This document shows, one piece after another, positions 9,708-19,503 of a stretch of DNA of 64,000 bases. This DNA comes from Naegleria gruberi (Eukaryota), in the NCBI GenBank assembly GCA_000004985.1, contig GG738859.1, one strand, 5' to 3'. Both the position numbers and the translations under genes were made by a program. A model generated the notes under the pieces. That model was not told where the DNA came from. It made no database searches and was given only the letters and a program-made list of their open reading frames with translations. Position 1 is the first letter of the stretch. Every line of letters begins with the position of its first letter.

Positions 9708-11748
9708 TTATTGACCAATGGATTGCCAAATACCTTCTAATTTATCTTGGTATTCTTCATAATCATTTGCATTTCCTAATTGTTGTAATAATTCGGTAAT
9801 ATCATTATTGCATAGGAATGAGTCATTGCTGTTTGTTTGCTCTATTGCATTAAATTCTTGATATGGCTGCATGGTTGTTTGATTTGAGGTTGGTATCGAA
9901 TAACTGCTATTGGTAGAAGAAGCTTCTCTATCACCATTCATGATGGAAGAATTCAAATTTACCAGAAAATCATTCAAATCTCTCCTTTTTCTCATCAATT
10001 GAGTCATTTCGCTCAAAGTATTTTTCAACACTACGAATTTGGAACTAATAATCACAAGTGAATTGAAATTTTCAATAATCATACTAGAATCATTCACTCT
10101 CAGATTGACCTTAATAAGAATTGGAAAGAAAATTATAATGACAGGAGCAGATTTCCAAAAAGTTGCCCTCGATGCCAATCCACTGGCCATTGTAGCGCAA
10201 TGTAAACCCATCTTTTCCAAGCCACACCTCACCAAAATGTCAGCCCTCAAAGAATAGAGACAGAATCGGTGGACATTCTTTTGAATATCATGTTTCTGGA
10301 ACTTGTCAGATTCAATATACTTTTCCAGAGTTTCCAATTTTCTCAATATCCCAATCAACTCTGTCTGATTATTTGATAAGTATGCAACTCTAGAATACAG
10401 CAAGTAATAAACCAAAGTGGCGGTGAAGGAAATTTCTTCACTTCCCTTAATGAGTGACATTTCACTAATTTTCCTTTCTAATTGTTCAATCTTTCGAGTA
10501 CATTTGGATGATGTGAGATAATTACTTGTCTCCTCCACTATTTTCTGCATATTTTCATCTATTTTCTCAATTTCTTCCAACTTGTTTACTCCCAATTCTG
10601 CCAAAAATTTTGAAATGGAATTTGCAAATGAAAGTGCTGAAAGAGCTTGATAAAATTTGTCATCCTCAACCTGATATGAACATATGCTCGATGACATTTC
10701 CAATGCAATCCTGTTATACATATGACTCTTTACTCTTTCACCTTCTGAACAAGCATACACTCCCATCAAACTCAAAGCACACGAAGCTTCTCTAGAAGGA
10801 TGATCGAATAGATAACTTGCCTGAGATCTAGCTCTATTGAAAAAGTCGACACAATTCTTTCGATCCTCCAATCGTTGAGCTCCCATTGCACAGACGATGT
10901 TGAGCAATAAATGGAAGCCATAAGGATCTGGTGAGTGATTAATTGGGCTCATGAGAGATGAATTGAGGCATTGATCTAACATTGGACCATCTACTAGTGA
11001 GTGGCATGTTACACAACTTGTAATGTTGAGTATGAAATGTCATTATGAATACTTACTCTAAAAATTGATTCATGAGAGTTCTTGTTTGAGTGGTGACATT
11101 AAATTGAAGTCCACTTAATGGACTTGAGTATAAAGAAGTAATGGGGAATGCTTGAGAATGATTCTCATTAAATTGATCGATAGAATTATTTGATTGTTTT
11201 TCATCTACTGCAATTTCATGATTAGTGACATTATCTGAATTTTCTAAATCATCAGATGATGACGATTTTCTCTTCTTTGGGCCTCTTTTCTGAGGTGGTA
11301 GGTAAGCACAACTAATTCCCTTTGATTTACATCTTGTGCATGAATTTGGAGCTTCACCATCGCATTTTTCTATTTTAGGAAAATGCAATAAGAGAAATTG
11401 AATATTTGTAAAGTACTTACTGTGCAGCTTGTTACAATAGACGCATGCAGATTTGTGCTTTCGTTTCTTTTCGGAAGAATTTGAACTGTGTCTAACTGTT
11501 GACAAGGTTTCGGATTCTTGTGGATGGAAAGAGGTTTCGTTTGGTAGTGTTTGGGATTCGTTAACAATTGAAAGGATATTTGATGATGTGGTTGGTGTGA
11601 AATACATGTTGGTTAACTGTTCAAAGAATGGCAAAAGTACTAATTGGAAATTATTCGAAACATTATTGTTGTGCATGACTGGTTGATTAGTTGAAGATGC
11701 TAACTGTCGATTGTTCTGTTGCCACGATGCTTGTTCATTGGATGACAT
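9708..11748 (-). CDS. Zn(II)2Cys6 (Gal4-type) transcription factor with fungal-type middle homology domain; 3 exons (~11748-11421, ~11369-11057, ~11016-9708)
   Basis: Exon 1 ends ...KHKSACVYCNKLH. An intron (GTAAGTAC...AATAG) splits the zinc cluster, which continues KKCDGEAPNSCTRCKSKGISCAY, giving CX2CX6CX7CX2CX6C, followed by basic PQKRGPKKRK. Exon 3 (ORF 9708..10982) resembles the fungal_trans regulatory domain (LLLNIVCAMGAQ...SLMGVYACSEGE...). Confidence 0.7.
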
Positions 11749-12271
11749 TTTTTTCTTTATTAGTTTCTGATTTCGATAATACAACTTTCGTTTGGTTTCT
11801 TATGACCACAAGACAAACAGCTATTCTCCATTTGTAGAATCTTAATTGCCTTACGGAAAACCTTGCTTCAATTTGGCATGAAATTGAAAACTGTATCTCA
11901 ATACAAAACTCCTTTCCAGATTTTAGATTCCAGTTCTGAAATTTAATAGAATCTCAAAGAGAAAATCCTTTCCCAAACGATGACAATCTTCACTGTCTTA
12001 TTGTCTTCATTCCTTCATTCTTAGTACTTTATTCAAATATCGAATATCGTACCATCACTTGCAAAAAAACCAATCACGAAAATACATGAATGAACTTGCT
12101 CAAATTGTACTTGAGGTTACATCCCTCACCCATCGCCCTCGTCTATTTTGATTTTATATTCGATGATTAACAGCTCTTTTGTGAACAAGCAACAACTCGG
12201 TAAAAATATTCAATATTAAGAAAAAACAACAACTAGTTACCCACCCTACCTTCTTTTTGTATTATATAGAG

Positions 12272-12949
12272 ATGAATCCATATCAACAACCATACGGTTA
12301 TCCACCACAAGGAGGTATGCCACCACAAGGATATGTAAGTTTTATATTACTATATGAATTTGATAGAGTTTTTGTGATTTTTGTGATGTTTTTGTGATCC
12401 ATGGTGATCTTTTGTAAAATTGAAAAAACGTTTAAATTTATTATTTGCTGATGATCATCATATATTTATTGTACAATACAACATACATATTTATAATTAT
12501 ATTTGAAATAACGACAATTTTCATATGAAAATATTTAAATTTGTGGACAACAAATATTTTCGGATTTTGATGACACTTGATAATCACACAAATATTTAAA
12601 TATCATATTGATGATGATTTAGCCAATGCAACCAGGTATGCCAATGCAACCTGGCTATCCAATGCAACCAGGAATGCCAATGCAACCAGGTTATCCTATG
12701 CAACCAGGTATGCCTATGCAACCAATGCCAATGCAACCTGGAATGCCAATGCAACCAATGGGCCAACCTGGATATTATGCTCCACCAACTGGTTATGTTC
12801 AACCACCAGTGAGTTATAATACCACAACTAACTATGCTTATCCACCTACTCATGGTCACGGATATTATCATCATGGAAAGAAGATGAAGTTCGGTAAGAG
12901 AATGAAGTTTGGTAAGAAATTTGGTAAATTCGGAAAGAAGTGGTTCTAA
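12272..12949 (+). CDS. small Pro/Gln/Met-rich repeat protein (~129 aa) with basic Lys/Phe-rich C-terminus; 2 exons (~12272-12334, ~12623-12949)
   Basis: Exon 1 MNPYQQPYGYPPQGGMPPQGY, GTAAGT donor; exon 2 has about ten tandem PMQPG(M/Y) units (15-nt DNA repeat). Ends ...GYYHHGKKMKFGKRMKFGKKFGKFGKKWF. Confidence 0.45.
12623..12790 (+). repeat. coding tandem repeat, ~15-nt unit (CCAATGCAACCAGGW) x ~10
   Basis: Direct reading of aatgcaaccaggtatgccaatgcaacctggctatccaatgcaaccagga... The periodicity generates overlapping ORFs in all frames (12577..12819, 12596..12874). Confidence 0.7.
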
Positions 12950-13296
12950 ATTAATTCTAGATGATCTTATTTCTATAAATTATTGATTTATTGTCAATAT
13001 TGAAATAGCTCACTACTTTTTTCTAACTGAACAACAGATGGATTGGTGAATTGCTTACGATATTGGTAATTGAGAGAACCTGTTGTGAAGGTGGTTGTGC
13101 TTGAGGACCACAACATTTTGTGAGTCACCAACAAGCTTTTACATTCGATTACATTCTTGTTGGATTACTGACTTAATCTTCTTAATTACGTGTATCTAGG
13201 AGTTTCTTTCTTCAATTTCAATTTTTCACATCAACTCCGATCTTTTTTGAACAACTCAATTCACCTCGTTACAACTCCATAAAACAATAGAAAAAA

Positions 13297-13830
13297 ATGG
13301 AGGCAATGCAAATTGTTGGATTGGTAGACTCTCTCGAATTATTGGAAGCCATCAAATCAGTTCGGAATCAAGTCTTTGTTCAGGAACAAGAAATTGACTC
13401 TACTCTAGAATTTGATGCCAATGATATTCAATTTAAAGAAGGATTGGAAAATTCATCAACAACCTCTCTTTTAAACAAACTCCGCTATTATTATATTAAA
13501 TTCAATGGTGATGATGGAGAGGTGTGTGGTACATGCCGAGCAAGAAAAACCACTGATTCAACTTGGAAAATTGAAAGAGTGGCCACTTTGAAAAATCATA
13601 GAGGAAAGGGATTGGGACAGAGTTTGATTTCGTTTGTTATTGATGATTTGTCCAAGTTGGATGATTCCAGTAATAGTGAGGAAACAACTTTTTACATTCA
13701 TGCTCAATTGTCTGCTTATCCATTCTGGAGTCGAGGCAATTTCAATAATGGAAAATTTATTAAAGTTGGAGAAGATTTTGAGGAAGCTAGTATTCCACAT
13801 TGTAAAATGATCTACCATCCAAATAAGTAA
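13297..13830 (+). CDS. GNAT-family N-acetyltransferase (177 aa)
   Basis: Single ORF with GNAT motif A, ...KIERVATLKNHRGKGLGQSLISFVIDDL... (R/Q-x-x-G-x-G/A), and a typical ~170-aa size. Confidence 0.65.
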   Translation: MEAMQIVGLVDSLELLEAIKSVRNQVFVQEQEIDSTLEFDANDIQFKEGLENSSTTSLLNKLRYYYIKFNGDDGEVCGTCRARKTTDSTWKIERVATLKNHRGKGLGQSLISFVIDDLSKLDDSSNSEETTFYIHAQLSAYPFWSRGNFNNGKFIKVGEDFEEASIPHCKMIYHPNK

Positions 13831-14408
13831 GAGAATAAAATTGATGATCTTTTAATCTCTCATCACCCTAAAGAATCCACAGATCATCCTATTCCACAAA
13901 TCTTGCTGATAATGATGAAATACTGCACCGGAGTTAAAAGTCCTTACGATTTTTTTGCATTCATCACCAGTAACTCATTTCTCACCCTCAACTATCTTAC
14001 TAGATCGTCATCATCGAAATATCGATCCTCCTGCAATATTCATCGACTCCACTTTCACAACCAAAAAAAACATTTGAAAAAAATATCAAGAGGTGAGTTT
14101 TTGATTTTTTTGCATTTTTTTTAAATCTTGCATTTTGTGTTCGTGATGATTTTTATTATTTTATAATGATGGTGATGAATTATAATTTTGTTGTTGTTTG
14201 GGGATGATGGATGAACTGTGCATGATTGTGGGATGAAATGCAAATTTTTCCATGTAAAAAACTCTTGAAAATTAATGATTTGATATTGATGATGATGAAT
14301 TTATATTTTATCCTATGATATTGAATGTTGAACATTAACAATCTAATAACAATCTAATCTATCATTTTGATATTATCCATGTAAAGAAAGTGAAAAATAT
14401 CAAAAAAA

Positions 14409-16931
14409 ATGGTTTATGTTAACGAGGAAATTGAACAAGCTAAAGAAAAGGTTTTGAATGAATTGGGTTATGCTCCAATGGCCATTGTTCTTGGAAGTGG
14501 TCTTGGTGATTTTCCAAAAGTACTTTTAAATGCTAAAAAGTTATCCTACTCTCAAATTCCACACATGCCACAAACATCAGTTCAAGGTCACTCTGGAGAA
14601 TTGATTCTTGGTGAATTGCCAACCAATGATAATCAAAAGAGACTTATTTACTGTTTTGCTGGAAGAATTCACTCATATGAAGGAGGTCCTTGGGATGAAG
14701 TTACCTTCCAAGTTAAATTGATGGCTTCAATTGGTTGTAAACTTTTTATCATGACAAATGCAAGTGGTGGTCTTTTTGATGAAATGAGTGGAGGTTGTTT
14801 GTGTTTATTGACAGGTCATTTCCGTTTATTAGCAAGAATGGATCCAAACAGTCTTGCACCTGGGGCTAGAGTTTCAAATGGTCAATTATTAGAAACTAGT
14901 TTTGAAAAGAATGAACAAATTTCACAAATTGAAGACAAGTACTCACACTTTGCTCCAGATTATTGGACTTCCAAGTATGTTAATTTGTGTAGAAGTGTTG
15001 CCAAGGAGCAAGGTATTAAATTATTCGAAGGTTCTTATGCTTGGGCTAGTGGTCCTTCATTTGAAACTCCACTCGAAGTTTTGATGGCTAAACAATTGGG
15101 AGGTGCTTGTGTTGGTATGTCAACTGTTCCTGAAATGCTCACATGTAATTATTATGGAATGGAATGTATGGGTATTAGTATGGTTTGTAATTTGGGAGCT
15201 GGTTTGCAAACTGAACCACTCACTCACAAGGAAGTTTTAGAAAATTCCAAGATTGGTACTGAACATATGCAATTGTTGGTTAAGGAAACTCTTTCCAAGA
15301 TTGATTTTGATGAAGCCACTCCACAAACTACCACCACCACTGAATATCTTCCACTCAGAAAGAATGAATCCACTCACAAACTCACAGCTGAATCTATTGC
15401 AAAGGCTGCTGAAATTATTAGAGTAACTTTGGGAGAAATTGACTCGGTTCAAATGAATGTCTATTGTACTCTTCCAGATGCTCCAAATGTTAGTGAACTC
15501 GAAAATAAGGTCGACTTGATGACTCTTCCACAATTCCCATACAGTACTGCCTCTGGTAATTTTGGTTACTTTACCAAGAATTCCAAGAATCAACTCACCT
15601 TGATTACCAATACTCACTCCAGTTTGGACAATACATTGACCACTGAAGAATCTACTTACATTGCTTTGGTTCTCAACTTACTCAACATTCCAAACGTTGC
15701 CTACTTTGTCAAGTGTTCTGATTCAAAGGTTGTTCCAGGTGTCACCCAACAAGAAATTACCAACGTTACCAACTTTGGTTACTATGAACCATTAGAATAC
15801 GTTGAAACAGTTTACAGAACTTCTGAACGTTTCGTTGATACTACCAGCAAAGATACCAAGAAGAATTCCTACATGGCCTTTATGGGTCCTGATTTACCTT
15901 GTGCTATGGAATGTCACACTGCTGAAGAATTGGGTCATGCTGTTTATGGTGTTACCTCTCTTGCTTTGCATAATTCTTTGAAGTATTTGGGTTTCAATGT
16001 CAAGACTTTTGTTGAATTTGTTGGTGCTCCAGAAAAGAATGCTGTTCAAATTGAAAATGTTGCTACTAGAACTGTCAAGCAAGTTGATATTGAACAAAAC
16101 CACAAGCTTCACTATCAAATGCTCAAGATTAGTGAAATTGAAGAAGCCACTCAGTTTGTAAAGGAACAATTGGAACTCACTGATAAGAATATTGAATCTG
16201 TTATTCTCGATTTGAACTTGAATTTGCCATTCACTCAACATGAAAATATCAAGATTATCAAGTCTGTTCCATTCAAGAATATTCCACATCTCCAAACTGA
16301 ATTTGGTCAAACTCTCTCATTGGCCACTATTGGTGATAAGCACATTTTGGTTGTTCACCATATTGATCAATCTGATGAAAGCACTTATTTGCGTAGTAAT
16401 TCATTGATTGAATTGTCATTCATTATCAGAGTTTGTCAACATTTGCACACTGTTAATAATATTTATCTCAATAGTGCTGTTGTCAGTGCTCTCAATTCAA
16501 ACTTTGAACCAATTTATACTCCAAACACATTAGTTCAATACCGTGATCACATTAACTTTACCGGATACAATCCATTGATTGGTAAGAATGAAAACAGATG
16601 GGGTGATAGATTCTTTGATGTTTCAGGATTGTACAGACCACTCAAGACCTCAACTAAGGTTGAAACTACCAATGTCATGTATGCCAATCACATTCTCCAA
16701 CTTGATAATAAGGAATTACGTTCTACTGTCTCTAAATTCAACGTTAACGTCTTGAGTTCTGTTGGTGGATATGAAGCTCTCGTTGCTCACCACGATGTCA
16801 AGCCAAAGGAAGAAAGAGTCAGATGTGTTTCATTGGGATTGGTTATTAATGAAAATTCTGAAAAGTTAATTTGTCCAGAAAAGAAGAAGGAATTAATCAC
16901 CACTCTCTGTAATGATATTTTAGGATTGTAA
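14409..16931 (+). CDS. multi-domain purine nucleoside phosphorylase (PNP/MTAP family) protein with three tandem PNP-like domains (840 aa, single exon)
   Basis: Domain 1 (aa ~20-290): MAIVLGSGLGDF...HMPQTSVQGHSGELILG...GRIHSYEG...IMTNASGGL...SGPSFETPLEV...GGACVGMSTVPEM (canonical trimeric PNP motifs). Domain 2 (~330-575) is degenerate (PQFPYSTASGNFGYF...HAVYGVTSLALHN). Domain 3 (~590-840) retains RDHINFTGYNPLIGKNENRWGDRFFDVSGLY, matching the PNP [34 protein letters not shown] loop. Each domain is ~270 aa. Confidence 0.75.
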   Translation: MVYVNEEIEQAKEKVLNELGYAPMAIVLGSGLGDFPKVLLNAKKLSYSQIPHMPQTSVQGHSGELILGELPTNDNQKRLIYCFAGRIHSYEGGPWDEVTFQVKLMASIGCKLFIMTNASGGLFDEMSGGCLCLLTGHFRLLARMDPNSLAPGARVSNGQLLETSFEKNEQISQIEDKYSHFAPDYWTSKYVNLCRSVAKEQGIKLFEGSYAWASGPSFETPLEVLMAKQLGGACVGMSTVPEMLTCNYYGMECMGISMVCNLGAGLQTEPLTHKEVLENSKIGTEHMQLLVKETLSKIDFDEATPQTTTTTEYLPLRKNESTHKLTAESIAKAAEIIRVTLGEIDSVQMNVYCTLPDAPNVSELENKVDLMTLPQFPYSTASGNFGYFTKNSKNQLTLITNTHSSLDNTLTTEESTYIALVLNLLNIPNVAYFVKCSDSKVVPGVTQQEITNVTNFGYYEPLEYVETVYRTSERFVDTTSKDTKKNSYMAFMGPDLPCAMECHTAEELGHAVYGVTSLALHNSLKYLGFNVKTFVEFVGAPEKNAVQIENVATRTVKQVDIEQNHKLHYQMLKISEIEEATQFVKEQLELTDKNIESVILDLNLNLPFTQHENIKIIKSVPFKNIPHLQTEFGQTLSLATIGDKHILVVHHIDQSDESTYLRSNSLIELSFIIRVCQHLHTVNNIYLNSAVVSALNSNFEPIYTPNTLVQYRDHINFTGYNPLIGKNENRWGDRFFDVSGLYRPLKTSTKVETTNVMYANHILQLDNKELRSTVSKFNVNVLSSVGGYEALVAHHDVKPKEERVRCVSLGLVINENSEKLICPEKKKELITTLCNDILGL

Positions 16932-17061
16932 ATAGATATTATAAAGTATATTTATTAAGTTGGTTGGTCTCACTAATTTTTCTCACACTAAATCACTAGA
17001 TGGTTGATGAAGAATAATTCATTCTCGAAGAAGATAGGTACAAAATGAATACATGTATCAT

Positions 17062-19288
17062 TTAAAGAGCTTCTCGACGAGTCATGGTCAATAATTGTTG
17101 AGCATAATTCATACAGACCTTTTCACTCTCACTCATCCATTTGCCTTCTCTTCTCTCCTTCAATTTGGTCTGAATAATTTGAGCCCATTGTTGATCACAT
17201 TGAGCAAAGTGTTGCAACATTTTATCAATCACTCTTTGTTCAGTCACTCTAAAGAAGCTGGCAGCAATATTATCACACAAATTATTCTTATCCTTCTCTG
17301 GGAGAATCTTCCAGAAATCAGCAACTTGAGAATACAAATCCTCGAAAGAACCTTCATTTGGAACTTCATACAGACCACAATTTCCAGTAACCTTAAATGG
17401 TGGATCAATGTATTTGGCATTTGGTTTCAAACCTCCAAAGGCACTTCCAGTATAGTGAGGGAAGGAATCATTGATTGGAATGTACATGTTACCACCCAGG
17501 TAATTATTCATTGGTTCAATGCCATGTGGACGATTGACATAGAGTTGCTTAAAGTTTGGACCAATACGATGAATTTGAGTATAATCATAAATTAATAATC
17601 TTCCTTGCAATAGCTATTAACGAAAAACATGTATAAATATTTCAAACTCATGAACAAGTAAACTTACCTTATCAGGACTCAATCCAATTCCAGGAACAAC
17701 AGTAGCAGGAGAGAAGGCCACTTGTTCAACCTCTGTGAAATAATCCACAACATTTCTATTCACCTCCAACGTACCAACCTCAATCAATGGATAATCTGCA
17801 TGTTTCCAAACCTTTGTAGCATCAAATGTCCATGGATGTTTGTAACCTTCCTCCTCTGGCATGACCTGAATCATCATCTTCCAACGAGGGAAATTCTGTT
17901 TCTCAATTGACTGATACAAATCACGAGAAAGGAAATTTGGATCCTCACCTGCTACTAATTTTGCTTCATGTTGATTGAAACCGAAAGCTCCTTGTTGAGA
18001 AACTAAATGGAATTTGACCCAGAAACGTTCTTTGGCAGAGTTGACCAATGAGAAAGTGTGGCAACCATAAGCATTCATGGTTCTGTAGGAAAGAGGAGTT
18101 CCAGTTCGATCTGTGAAGAGCATGGCCATTTGATGGAGTCCTTCTGGGTGGTTGGCAACATAGTCCCAGGTTTGGGTAATGTTCCAGCAACCAGTTCTTG
18201 GATCACGTTTGAAAGCATGGACTTGGTCTGTGTGGTTGAGGAAGAATGTAGAGTTTAGTTGTTGGAAAGGTTTAGTTTGAAAAATTGTTAGTGGAAAGTG
18301 AAATAAACAACTTACCTGGACCTGCTTTGGCATCTCTGACAGCAAAGACAGGAGTGTTGATGCCCAATAAATCCCAGTTACCTTCCTTAGTATAGAATTT
18401 GATAGCGAATCCTCTTGGCTTGGAAATTGAAAAAATGATATTCGAAAGTCAATATTAAACTTAAAAACTTACATCTCTTGTAGTTTCTGGATCTCCAACT
18501 TCAGTAAAGATACCAGAAAATCTAGTAATAAATTGAGTTGACTTTCCAACTTGATTAAACAAATCAGCACAAGTATACTTGGAAATGTCATTTGTCACAG
18601 TAAATGTACCATAAGCACCAGTTCCCAAAGCATGTACATTTCTTGGAGGAATCTTTTCAGTATTGAAATGTTGAAGCTTTTCTAACAAATCCAAATCTTG
18701 AACACAAAGTGGACCTTGACTGCCAGATGTTAAAGAATCCTTGACATGACCAATTGGACAACCTGTTTGTCTTGTAATGATATTTTGTCTGTTAATTTCA
18801 TTTTGTTCAATCACACCTGGAATTTTACCAAATTGCTTACTGACTTCCTTGGAAGTGAATGAGTCTGAACCATATCCAAGCGGACATTTTAATTGTTGTG
18901 ATAATTGACTACTTTCAAGTCCTTGTTCTTGTTGAAGCTTTGGTTGAGTGGATTGAATTCCAGATGGTTGTAATCCAGAAGTTTGCTTTCCATATTGTTG
19001 TTGTTGAAGTTGTGGTTGTTGTTGCAGTTGTTGTGGTTGCTGTTGAAGTTGTGGTTGATTGGGTTGTTGTAAGCCAACCTGTTGTTGTTGTACTCCAGTT
19101 GGTGATTGTTGCATTCCAGTTGGAGATTGTTGTGATTGTTGTGATTGTTGTTGAGTGGAAGATAAATGAGAAGGTCTGAAGGCACCACTAGCATACGTTG
19201 GTGAAAAACCTTGTTGTTGCTGAGTGGGTGATTTCTGTTGTAAACCACCCTGTTGTTGTTGAGGTGATTGTGGTTGGTTTGATTGCAT
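17062..19288 (-). CDS. catalase (monofunctional, heme) with ~170-aa Gln-rich N-terminal extension; 4 exons (~19288-18473, ~18418-18315, ~18227-17668, ~17613-17062)
   Basis: ...[33 protein letters not shown]...ETTRD | [34 protein letters not shown] | [13 protein letters not shown]...SPDK | [21 protein letters not shown]..., collinear with catalases. Introns have GTAAGT donors. The N-terminus [15 protein letters not shown]... is encoded by a CAA/CAG-rich region. Confidence 0.85.
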
Positions 19289-19503
19289 TTTGTTTTGGCT
19301 TAATAAACTTTTTACCCTCCAAATGATTCAAGTTTTTAAGTTAATAAGTGGGACGAACTTATTTGGAAAATTGTTGAATGAAGAAATTGCATTAGAAAGT
19401 CAACGAACTAAGCTTTACTTTTGGAGAATTTACAAAAATCCAAAAGTCGATTTACTAAATGTGGGTGGTTCCAAAAGGAGTTTACAGTTATTGTAATAAT
19501 TAT

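Noticed and set aside
12577-12874. Overlapping ORFs 12577..12819 (+) and 12596..12874 (-) with periodic ANAT/WLHWH repeats
   Set aside because: Other frames of the 15-nt PMQPG coding repeat. The frame joined by the upstream GTAAGT intron to the MNPYQQPYGY exon is the coherent one.
18315-18418. Apparent +1 frameshift in catalase exon 2 (GNNTP region)
   Set aside because: It arose from my own mis-transcription of a line break (a doubled T). Reading the junction as gttgatgcccaataa gives an intact [19 protein letters not shown] frame. No frameshift is supported.
18859-19248. ORFs 18859..19179 (+, poly-Val/Ile) and 18889..19248 (-, poly-Asn/His)
   Set aside because: They are alternate-frame or antisense readings of the CAA/CAG-rich tract encoding the poly-Gln N-terminus of catalase. 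Only the catalase frame is collinear with a conserved protein.
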